A DNA stretch of 64,000 bases from IMG/VR virus record IMGVR_UViG_3300045533_000060. One strand, written 5' to 3'. The position numbers and the translations under genes were made by a program. Below the pieces are notes generated by a model. The model searched no databases and had not been told where the DNA came from. It worked only from the letters and a program-made list of their open reading frames with translations. Numbering within the stretch: position 1 is the first letter of the stretch; each line of letters begins with the position of its first letter. Source of the stretch: an uncultured virus (IMG/VR IMGVR_UViG_3300045533_000060) (taxonomy: Duplodnaviria; Heunggongvirae; Uroviricota; Caudoviricetes). Positions 41,227-49,494 of the stretch are shown here, piece by piece.

Positions 41227-41464
41227 AAATCCTCCTATAATCCTACTAATACTCTTTCTACTCTAGGATCGCAGTACAATGACTGGACGTATCCCTTGAG
41301 CCATGTCGTATCAATAATTTTTCTCACCTCTCTAAAGGTAGCACCGCCCTGATGCTTTACGTAAATAGTTACTAGCATATTACTTATCTCCTGAGTTATG
41401 TACTCTGACTAATCTAAAGTAGTTTGATCGTTTAGTATAGCAGTACGCTTTACATTGTAGCATA

Positions 41465-41695
41465 TTACTCCCCTTTAATAATTGAGTTGATTAGACTCGT
41501 ATGACTTGCCAACCTTGCACCCACTTGTCTATCCTCTTCGATCTTGTACCCAAGGTCTAGGATATGACTTAATTGATTATCGCTGAAAGACTTAACCCCA
41601 AGCAAGCGGGCAAATTTTTCCGATATCATACATGATGGATAGACTAGTTCCCTACCATAAACATTTTTCGTTTTGACATACATTGTAGAACCCAT
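41465..41695 (-). CDS. first leftward early gene, hypothetical
   Basis: RBS GGAGG; KNVYG....YP....S..FA.L.G.K motif. Confidence 0.65.
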   Translation of the reverse strand: MGSTMYVKTKNVYGRELVYPSCMISEKFARLLGVKSFSDNQLSHILDLGYKIEEDRQVGARLASHTSLINSIIKGE

Positions 41696-41923
41696 TGATA
41701 CCTCCTATGCATTTCGGGCATTGTACCCAAAATGTAACCCATTAACTTTATGGGAAATCTTAATTTTCTTTTTAAAACATCTCAAAAAATTAACCAGTAT
41801 AAGTAAAAGAATACTGTAGAGTGATTGATAGTTTACTGCTTTCATACTGAAAATGAAAGCTAGGTAATAAATACCATCTTGCGATAACTTAAAGCTATGG
41901 CAGAAAATAGTCATTCCCTATAC

Positions 41924-42205
41924 TAAACCACTCCACAATATCCCTTTAATCTGTTCAGTTTACTGTTTATCCCCTTATCACACAATGGTACTTTCCAGAC
42001 GAGGATGCATCTTGTCATGACACACCGCTACACTCCACCATTGTACTTCGGGCTTTGGAACGAGAGTTCGTACTTTTCGGTACTTAGAGGATATACCTAT
42101 CCTCACTCGCTATACCACCATGCGTCAAAGCGTTCAGGCTCGCACCCATTACACTCTTCATGATGTCGTACCTATATGGTACTTCAGTAGATATTGCAGG
42201 TTACT
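41924..42205 (-). ncRNA. candidate large structured RNA (~280 nt)
   Basis: 11-bp enclosing stem (42189-42199 with 41933-41943) whose G-U pairs favour the minus strand; several internal hairpins; five AAGUAC copies; no credible ORF. Confidence 0.55.
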
Positions 42206-42284
42206 ACTTACCCCGATCTATCATAGTGATACTATGCGTCAATCGTTCTTTTGGTTATCGTGACTCGTTGCCTTGTCACTCTTA

Positions 42285-42709
42285 AATCTTATCTTAGTTT
42301 TTCTAAACAAACAAGCTAGGTAACTTTTTCCTATCGTCTTGTTGTTCGTTGTGTCCTTCGTTCTTCGTTGGCTTGATTGCCTTCGATGAAATAAGATTAT
42401 CACAATGAAATTAAAAAACAAGCTAGGCAATCTTTGCCGTTATCCTGAAACATCGCATATTAATAAGGACAAAGGGAACTATCAGAAAATAGGAAACTGT
42501 CAAGTAGGCAATCTTTGCCGTTTAGCTATACATAAAAAGAACACCTAGTCAACTAGGCAAATCTTTCCCCTAGAGTATATCAGTCAAGTATTAAAAGAGT
42601 ATCACCTTATAGAATACCATCATGCCCCTCGTCTAGTCAAGTAGGTAAATTCTGCCGATCCCTTTCCCTAGCATATAAATTCTGTTTAGTCAAGTGGGCA
42701 AAACTTTCC
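42285..42709 (-). promoter_or_regulatory. array of leftward early promoters with GGYAA-N3-TTKCC boxes
   Basis: Six boxes (42319, 42426, 42507, 42556, 42644, 42697), each 3-4 bp upstream of TTGAC(A/T) or TTGTTT; e.g. TTGTTT-N17-TAAGAT, TTGACT-N18-TATTCT. Confidence 0.7.
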
Positions 42710-42890
42710 CTCTTGACAGAGTGATCTAGTCAGCTTCTCTTATTCCTGAGTAGATTAGTTTGCTTCGTATATTATAGAATGACGCTAAGCCCCACCATAC
42801 CCCCCCCCCAGTGGGGTGCCGCTCCTAGCCAGTTTGGGACTGTCTGTACACAAGAATTGTAGTATATATATCTATGCACTCACTTTATGT

Positions 42891-42901
42891 AAACAAATGT
42901 A
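42891..42901 (+). promoter_or_regulatory. putative late promoter motif AAACAAATGTA
   Basis: Recurrent motif, 27 bp before the GTG at 42928. Confidence 0.6.
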
Positions 42902-42927
42902 CTTAGCACTTTACATAGGAGATATCT

Positions 42928-44136
42928 GTGGCTAAGAAAGTATATGAACTCGCTAGAGAACTTAAAATGGATGATAAGGATCTAGTAAGAAAACTAAAAG
43001 TAATGGGTATTAAGATAAATACAGCCCTATCGGAACTTTCAGATGAGGACTATCAGCGTGGGTTGCAAGAAGGAAAGGCTCCTGTAGGTAGAATAGAATT
43101 AGATAGCGCAGTAGCTAAAGCAAAAAAAGAAGCTTTGAATAGGAGAAAATATGAGGAGCAGTTTAAGGTTCCTCCTCAATTTAAAAATCCGCAACAATTC
43201 AGCGGAGCGCAAGGTGAAAGGATGCAAGCCTATATAAAGGAGCTAAAGTCAAACTTAAGAAATGGCAAGTATGCCCCCGAAGAAGCTGATAGAGTTATAA
43301 ATCTAATAACTAAAATGGAAGATTTAAAAATAGAAAATGATCTTAAAGTGGGAAGGTTAGCTGGAAGGAAAGGGGAGCTTGCGGAAAATCCAGAGCTAAC
43401 CAAGAAGCCTGAACAGACCTACAGAAATGATCCTAAAAAATTAGAGGAGCTACGACTAGAAAAGGAAGCTCGGATAGCGGCAGAGAGAAATAAAAAGCCC
43501 AACCTTCAAAATCCAGATCCCGAAATGAGGTACACTCCAGCTACTAAAAGTGAATATATGCCTAGAAGTTCAGCCCAACAAGCTGCGATTGATAAGCAAA
43601 AAAATCCTACAAAAGGAACTATTGGTAGGCTTTTAACTGACTATAATGATGAGTATGCACGAGTCATGTCAAAACAGGTTGCCAAAGAAACTGGCGAAAA
43701 AGCAATAAAAGAAGTGGCATCCGAGGTTGGAGAAGAAGCTGGAAAAGAGATTGCTCAAAAGCTATTTAAAAAATATGCAGGAAAACTTGCTATAGGAGCT
43801 TTAACTGGAGGATTGTCCCTAGGAGCAGAGGCTGCTTCAGAAGGTCTAGATTCTCAAGATTCTGGAGCAAGAAAGAATATGCCCGATTATTGGTTAGAGC
43901 GTGGAGTTAGAGATAGAGATGAACAGATTCAAAGAGCACGATTATCTTCATTTAAAGAAGATTTACCGTCCTACAATAAGATACCGGGTGCATACGAAAA
44001 ACCAGAGCTTCGTAAGTATAAAGAAGATGTTCTTCGAGCAGAGAAAGAAGGTACTCTACGGGATAACTATGTAGAGGATACTCAAGAAGAAGACGACTAT
44101 AAAAAGTTTAAGTCTTTGATGGGGAAGTTGAGATAG
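42928..44136 (+). CDS. IF2 N-terminal domain fused to a charged helical protein
   Basis: KKVYELARELKMDDKDLVRKLKVMGIKINTALSELSDED closely follows IF2_N consensus; GTG start with GGAG RBS. Confidence 0.75.
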   Translation: MAKKVYELARELKMDDKDLVRKLKVMGIKINTALSELSDEDYQRGLQEGKAPVGRIELDSAVAKAKKEALNRRKYEEQFKVPPQFKNPQQFSGAQGERMQAYIKELKSNLRNGKYAPEEADRVINLITKMEDLKIENDLKVGRLAGRKGELAENPELTKKPEQTYRNDPKKLEELRLEKEARIAAERNKKPNLQNPDPEMRYTPATKSEYMPRSSAQQAAIDKQKNPTKGTIGRLLTDYNDEYARVMSKQVAKETGEKAIKEVASEVGEEAGKEIAQKLFKKYAGKLAIGALTGGLSLGAEAASEGLDSQDSGARKNMPDYWLERGVRDRDEQIQRARLSSFKEDLPSYNKIPGAYEKPELRKYKEDVLRAEKEGTLRDNYVEDTQEEDDYKKFKSLMGKLR

Positions 44137-44196
44137 TGATATCTATGCACGGGCTATTTCCGTAGCATAGGGACTACTAGAAGATAAAGGAAATGT

Positions 44197-44490
44197 ATGG
44201 ACGACTTACTAAATAAACTTAAACGCAAAATTATTCCTAAAGATGAGGTGGTAATTAGCCCTGCTGAAAGAGAGCAGCGTCTTCGTCAAATGTTGGGATA
44301 TGAGATGCCAAAGGATATTGATCCGGAGTTTGCTATAGATGTTCCAGATGATAGTGGGGACGAGGAGTTTGGTATTAAAAGTCCTCTTGAGTTAGAACCT
44401 CAAAGACCTATGTACGATGCTGATGGGAACCCTACTGGTAAGGTTGATCAGATGGCTAGGTATAAAAAGAAGAAAGCCCCGAATGGATGA
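44197..44490 (+). CDS. hypothetical protein
   Basis: RBS AAGGA; 97 aa. Confidence 0.6.
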   Translation: MDDLLNKLKRKIIPKDEVVISPAEREQRLRQMLGYEMPKDIDPEFAIDVPDDSGDEEFGIKSPLELEPQRPMYDADGNPTGKVDQMARYKKKKAPNG

Positions 44491-44905
44491 GATCACCAGA
44501 GTATTGAGAAAACTTAAAGACCTTGCACCAGATGCCTTACAGGAAGCTCATGATGAGATGATTGACGGATTTGATGAGCAGGGTAGACCTATGGCGGAAG
44601 GACATGCTACTTTTGAGCTAGATGAAAAAATGCACAAAGTTCCATTCCAGAAGCTACGAGATGTACTCCAAGGAAAAGATCCTAGCAGCGTAGTAACTTC
44701 GAAAGAAGTATTTAGAGGTCGTATCCCAAAGCTATCAGAGACTGGTATGCTCGAAACAGCTTTAAGAGGAGCTTCTGCTGCTTCAGAGGATAATTTTAAT
44801 GAGGATAGTCCTGATGGAGACTATTACTGGGATAAAAATTACAATTACGAATATATGCACCCAGATGCTGAGAAGCAGAGGGTACTAGGAAAGGTTAGGA
44901 AATAG
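44483..44905 (+). CDS. hypothetical acidic protein
   Basis: Likely start MDEITRV overlapping upstream stop. Confidence 0.55.
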   Translation: MDEITRVLRKLKDLAPDALQEAHDEMIDGFDEQGRPMAEGHATFELDEKMHKVPFQKLRDVLQGKDPSSVVTSKEVFRGRIPKLSETGMLETALRGASAASEDNFNEDSPDGDYYWDKNYNYEYMHPDAEKQRVLGKVRK

Positions 44906-44906
44906 T

Positions 44907-45125
44907 ATGAGCAATTTTCTAAAATTGATGACGCTTCTAGGTGGATACCAAATGCTCAAGCCTGAGGATAAGGAAGTAGATAGTTCTGAAGATATTAAGG
45001 CTATGCAGATGGCAGAGGCTGCTCAAGAGAAAAAGTACCTATCTTCTCCTGCTCGATTAGATAAGAACATGTCCCCTGAGGATAGAGAGCTACGAAGACG
45101 TATTATGGAGAAGTACGGCAAGTAG
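44907..45125 (+). CDS. hypothetical protein
   Basis: 72 aa; last gene of plus-strand island. Confidence 0.55.
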   Translation: MSNFLKLMTLLGGYQMLKPEDKEVDSSEDIKAMQMAEAAQEKKYLSSPARLDKNMSPEDRELRRRIMEKYGK

Positions 45126-45497
45126 CTTCAATTCAGTTTCCAATTCTTCCAGATTCCACGCCAGATGTTTAGCAACCACTAGCATCCTATATTCGTCAGG
45201 TACTGCGCTCATCTCGCTTTCTAGGCGATTCTGGAGCGTCTGGAGATGTGGGTATTTTTGTAGAAATAGGTTTAGTTCTTCCATACTCTATGCACTCACT
45301 GCACTTCGTAGTGCTTCCGTTATCAACCGTATCACATATTTCTTAACTATTCGTGAACGCTTAGTTTTAATCTTGTAGTGCTTTCTAGCCAGTATTCCTA
45401 ATACATGCATGTCTTTACGGGTAAAGCCCATTAGTCCCCATTTATGACCAAACTTAGTTACTACAATTTGTCCTTCTAGTTTAAACATTATGCACTC

Positions 45498-45827
45498 CTA
45501 TAGATACTTACCTAGAAGTATCTCATCTTCCATAATATCTACAATTTCTAGTCCGTAATGTAGTATGAATTTTAAAGAATCTGTTACCTTTAAATTATTC
45601 AACTCAACATCCCCAGTCATAGTAATGCAGCCAGCTTCTTTAGCCAAAGCCACCAGCTTATCCGCCATCATTGTCCCTGCCTTCATAGCTCTAGCCTCTG
45701 GCTTTATGTACATGTGCTGTATATGCAAATTAGTATCTTGTATCTTATAAAATATAAATCCATAGTCATCTTCGAAGTAATCTAGATTTTGAGTTTCTTT
45801 AAAGTATTCTTGTATCATAAATCTCAT
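45498..45827 (-). CDS. GNAT family acetyltransferase
   Basis: HMYIKPEARAMKAG; resembles 7262..7585. Confidence 0.75.
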   Translation of the reverse strand: MRFMIQEYFKETQNLDYFEDDYGFIFYKIQDTNLHIQHMYIKPEARAMKAGTMMADKLVALAKEAGCITMTGDVELNNLKVTDSLKFILHYGLEIVDIMEDEILLGKYL

Positions 45828-46063
45828 TTATATATTAAGTGAGTATGCTTTCTACTTGCACAATTTTTTCCACAATTCTCTCCCCAACTAACTGAAGGTT
45901 GCTGATTAGGACACTTAATCACATGCAGTATAGTTGGAGAGGGTCCTCCATCATCAAGCTTGAACACTCTACAACCCTCTAGTTCCGGAGGCATTTTATA
46001 GTCTCTCTCTTCTGTATAGGAAGCAGAGCAGGATATGATAAATAGCAGAAACAGATACTTCAT
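45824..46063 (-). CDS. small putative lipoprotein
   Basis: MKYLFLLFIISC lipobox-like start. Confidence 0.55.
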   Translation of the reverse strand: MKYLFLLFIISCSASYTEERDYKMPPELEGCRVFKLDDGGPSPTILHVIKCPNQQPSVSWGENCGKNCASRKHTHLIYK

Positions 46064-46383
46064 CTGTATACCTCTGTAGATGTTACTTCACTGGCTTCCA
46101 TGAGTAAACAGAACTCACGAATTACAGTGTGGGGTTGAATATTTCCGCATGTGAAGCAGTCCACATAAGCAATGCCTTCTTCTGGATAGGTATGCACTGT
46201 AATGTGACTCTCCGCTAATAGTATAGCTGCAGTTAGACCTTGAGGATAGAACTCGTGCTTAGTTGCTTGGAGTATAGTCATACCTGCATTATGAGCTGCC
46301 AAAAGTAAATAGTTGTAAGTTTTGTTGTTATCTACAAAGTCCCCTTGGACTTTTGAAAAGTGAGTATATCTCATTCTATGCAC
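46060..46383 (-). CDS. speD: S-adenosylmethionine decarboxylase proenzyme (pyruvoyl type)
   Basis: F.PQG.T...LLAESHIT.HTYPE.....DCFTCG; start probably MRYTHF. Confidence 0.9.
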   Translation of the reverse strand: MHRMRYTHFSKVQGDFVDNNKTYNYLLLAAHNAGMTILQATKHEFYPQGLTAAILLAESHITVHTYPEEGIAYVDCFTCGNIQPHTVIREFCLLMEASEVTSTEVYR

Positions 46384-46744
46384 TCCTCACTTATTAGGAT
46401 TTTCCGAACGGCTTCCAATATTCAAAATCTTTAGATTGTATCTCAATCTTATCTACTCCGTCAAATCGTTGCCCCGGAAAGGTAACTACTTTTCCTGTAA
46501 TCATGTTGATCCATCGTATAAGGAGCTTTACTCTTTTGCTATCCTGATATCTAACTTTCACAACTTCAATATCTAAATCTTTTGCTGTGTCGTGCCGATA
46601 TCGAACTCCTGCATAAAACTTATTCATCGTCGTCCTTAATTTTTAGTACTGACTCTAGCAAGCTATGCACAACGAACCCTATGATAGCTAGGAGCAACAC
46701 ATTGTATAATGCTACAAAAAAAATACCGACTGCTAGTTCTACGT

Positions 46745-46909
46745 TCATTTTTCTTCTTCGAAATCAATGGATACGATTCCCTCTTCCTCTAGTTTAGAAA
46801 GAATGAAGGAGAGTCCTTCGATCATTGCTGCCCCATTTTCAGATGCGTTTGCTTCATAGTACTCTTTTAGAGAGTTCATCATGAAGTTAACTACTTCGCT
46901 TCGTTTCAT
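46745..46909 (-). CDS. small protein, MKRSE-type paralogue
   Basis: Start reassigned to MKRSEVV with AAGGA RBS. Confidence 0.65.
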   Translation of the reverse strand: MKRSEVVNFMMNSLKEYYEANASENGAAMIEGLSFILSKLEEEGIVSIDFEEEK

Positions 46910-46921
46910 AGATGTCCTTTT

Positions 46922-47005
46922 AAAAAAGAGGCAGGGATTTCTCCCCGCCTCCCAAACTTCGGAGAAAGTTATGAAAATTGCCATGTCGTAACAATCTTCA
47001 TTCGT
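46922..47005 (-). ncRNA. candidate ~80-nt small RNA (three hairpins, intrinsic terminator)
   Basis: Follows TTGTCT-N17-TATAAT; ends in GAGGCGGGGA-GAAA-UCCCUGCCUC-U6. Confidence 0.6.
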
Positions 47006-47011
47006 GTATTT

Positions 47012-47040
47012 ATTATATAGTATAAAAACGCAAAAGACAA
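47012..47040 (-). promoter_or_regulatory. sigma70-like promoter
   Basis: TTGTCT-N17-TATAAT on minus strand. Confidence 0.75.
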
Positions 47041-47128
47041 TTTTTATTTTAGGCAAGCTTGCCGAATTAGCGTAATCTTGAGATGGTAAGTTTCCGAAAA
47101 GCTAATTAGAAAATTGTCTTTTGATAAA

Positions 47129-47308
47129 CTAGTCTACCATCGAAGATTTTATGCTCTCGATAGTTTCAGCTACATAAAAATGAATTACAGATTCTTTGGT
47201 CATTCTTACTTTTAAAATTCTATAGGCTCCAATATCCTCAACAAAAACTATAGAGTCCTTACTTACCAGTATTTTTTTATTGTTATCAAAATTAGTCAGT
47301 TCTATCAT
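47129..47308 (-). CDS. FlbD/SwrD-like small protein (59 aa)
   Basis: MIELTNFDNNKKILVSKDSIVFVED...FYVAETIESI; not in ORF track. Confidence 0.5.
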   Translation of the reverse strand: MIELTNFDNNKKILVSKDSIVFVEDIGAYRILKVRMTKESVIHFYVAETIESIKSSMVD

Positions 47309-47455
47309 ACTATTTCTTTATACTTAGAGCTTTAATAAAAGCGACTACCGCCCCAACCCCAAAAAAAATTCCTACGATATTAAATCTTGTTTCAATCAGT
47401 AAGATGTTTATCATACTTAAAGAATACCCGATTGTAATGTAATAAAATTTTTGAC

Positions 47456-47623
47456 TCATAAAGTTTCCTGTACACAAACAGCTCTTACTGTAAAATGTTT
47501 TTCTAAACCTACAACTTTTTGCATTGCCTGAAGACAAGCATTGTTGGTTAGGAACTTAACACTATGAGTCCCTATTGAAGATCCTGAACTATTTAGAACT
47601 ATCATGATTAAAATGTAACTCAT
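47456..47623 (-). CDS. small membrane or secreted protein (55 aa)
   Basis: MSYILIMIVL...ACLQA...RAVCVQ; coupled to both neighbours. Confidence 0.55.
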   Translation of the reverse strand: MSYILIMIVLNSSGSSIGTHSVKFLTNNACLQAMQKVVGLEKHFTVRAVCVQETL

Positions 47624-48085
47624 CTATCCTCGCAAAATTTTATCATTCTTCCGTTTATGTACAATTTCTTTAATTTAAAAACGTCCCGGCTTATAAAAAA
47701 TTTGTCTACAATTACAGATCCTACGGCTAAGGTAAGCATAAAACCTACAAGCAATCCATTCCAAAATGTTAGTTCCAATTTTTGTTTAGCCATACAGCAA
47801 TAAATGGTACTCCTAAAGTTATTATAACCTGTACTATTTGAAATAGCAAACGCCATCTTTCATAAGGCGACATTCTAGCTAACTCGGACTTTAAAAAGTC
47901 TACAATTTTCTTTCTTTCACACATCTAGATAAGTCCCCATAGGAAACTACATAGCTAGTTAAACATTTGATATAGTACTGCTGACAGCTTAACTGTTTCT
48001 TTTCTGCTAATTCAATAAGAGAAACTGAATCAGCTCCGGCTCCGTTTAGTTGACATAGTAATGCAATAGTTTGTAAAATCTCCAT

Positions 48086-48292
48086 TCAATCCTCCTCAGG
48101 TTCCCAAGCCGTATCACGAATTTCTACTTTTCTTATATATGGTGGTAGCATACCTGCATTTTCTAATGCGACCAAGATTCTTTCGTTTAAAGGAGTAAAT
48201 CCTCTTAAATTATCTATGTCAGCTTTAAGCCAATCCTCCACAAACTTCCCATACTCTTCATCAATAATTTTTAAAGCCTCACTTCTTTTCAT
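48086..48292 (-). CDS. small protein, MKRSE-type paralogue
   Basis: MKRSEAL...LENAGMLPP...WEPEED. Confidence 0.7.
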   Translation of the reverse strand: MKRSEALKIIDEEYGKFVEDWLKADIDNLRGFTPLNERILVALENAGMLPPYIRKVEIRDTAWEPEED

Positions 48293-48850
48293 TTAACTCC
48301 CCACTATCCACTGATGAGTATTTGCTTTATATTTAGGAAGCTCTGGTTTATTTGAGTTCAGAGCTTTATCTAGAAATATTATACGATATTGAGGGTACAA
48401 TAGCAAATCTCCTGATAAAGTTTGTACCGCATGAAGTTGCTTCCAGTGAGTAGGGTGTCTGCTATATCCTTCCCCTACAAAATCAACAGTAAAAAGATAC
48501 ATGCCAGAAGCGGCTATCTGACTACCAAAAACTTCACATTCTGCATAACGCAAACTCTCTATAGTAAAAACTTCAACATCGTCACTTACGCAATCCCACA
48601 TTTGAGAGTCTTGTAAGTTTAGAATAGGATTGGGGCAATCTTCCCTGAAAGTAATAGCATTAGATGGAAGTCCTGTAAATAATGCTCCATTTTCTAACAG
48701 TACTGTAAATTGTAAAGCTTGGTTCTGCCTAGCTCTTACCGCCATTAAATGACCTGAAGTTTTTCCATCGTAGTTAGAATCATTATCATATAAAAATCTG
48801 TTCCAAATATAAACCTCAATGGGAGGTAAGTTTGCATTTTTCATTTCCAC
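48293..48850 (-). CDS. conserved phage hypothetical protein
   Basis: ANLPP...FLYD...ENGALF..LP...QMWDC pattern. Confidence 0.65.
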   Translation of the reverse strand: MEMKNANLPPIEVYIWNRFLYDNDSNYDGKTSGHLMAVRARQNQALQFTVLLENGALFTGLPSNAITFREDCPNPILNLQDSQMWDCVSDDVEVFTIESLRYAECEVFGSQIAASGMYLFTVDFVGEGYSRHPTHWKQLHAVQTLSGDLLLYPQYRIIFLDKALNSNKPELPKYKANTHQWIVGS

Positions 48851-49494
48851 TCCAATGCTTCCGATATTGCTGGAAACTGATCTATAAAAATATTTTGAAT
48901 AGCGGTAGCTATATCTGCATGTTCTTTTTGAGTTCCGTTTTCAGATCGCAAAGAAATGTAGTGAATCCAGTTTCTAACATTACCCGTCATATATAAGGTA
49001 GTTTCTGTAGATAATGGAAGTAGGAACCTAGCTTGTTCTTTTGCAATACCTCTCCGCAAAGCTTCATCATACATGGCTCTAGCATCTTCGGTGATTAATT
49101 GCTGTGCCATAGCGAACCAGTCTCTTGTATCATTATCTAGATCGTCGATTGAGTTTTGTCTATTTTTTACATCTTGTCTTCTTGCTGAGTAGATTTCGAA
49201 ATTTGTAGCCTCCGCATACCTCTGGCTAAATTCTTGGAAAACAAAACTTCGATGCCTTAGAATTTGCGCAGCTATAGCTCGACTTGTTGTGATCTCTATT
49301 GTCATATTGACATGTTCAAATACAGACCAGTGAGAGTTTTTAATACAGTAGCCTAAAAGTTTGCTAGAAGTTTTTGTATTCATTTGGTTGGAAGGATTAG
49401 AAACTCTAGCTACATACGCCATCATTTCTTCGGAAGTAAATTCTTCAATTTCTTTTTTAACAGGCTTTGTAACTGCTACAAGCTCTACTCTCAT
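48841..49494 (-). CDS. thyX: FAD-dependent thymidylate synthase
   Basis: HWSVFEH, QILRHRSFVFQEFSQRY, EQARFLLP, TQKEH. Confidence 0.95.
   Translation of the reverse strand: MRVELVAVTKPVKKEIEEFTSEEMMAYVARVSNPSNQMNTKTSSKLLGYCIKNSHWSVFEHVNMTIEITTSRAIAAQILRHRSFVFQEFSQRYAEATNFEIYSARRQDVKNRQNSIDDLDNDTRDWFAMAQQLITEDARAMYDEALRRGIAKEQARFLLPLSTETTLYMTGNVRNWIHYISLRSENGTQKEHADIATAIQNIFIDQFPAISEALEWK

Noticed and set aside
42060..42110. Hammerhead ribozyme inside the candidate RNA
   Set aside because: A three-way junction is plausible but the CUGANGA core is absent
41705..42430. ORFs 41705..41914 and 42239..42430
   Set aside because: They overlap promoter boxes, lack a clear RBS and have unprotein-like composition
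42319..42709. Repeat array read as a mini-CRISPR, with the Cas4-like gene as support
   Set aside because: Repeats are short and degenerate with irregular spacing (49-107 bp) and fit promoter geometry; Cas4-like nucleases are common phage recombination genes
46910..47056. N-terminal extension of ORF 46745..47056
   Set aside because: It runs through a promoter and terminator; the paralogue-like start MKRSE at 46909 has its own RBS
47560..47580. Suspected frameshift in a small ORF
   Set aside because: Re-reading gives ATA GGG ACT; the 55-aa ORF 47456..47623 is intact
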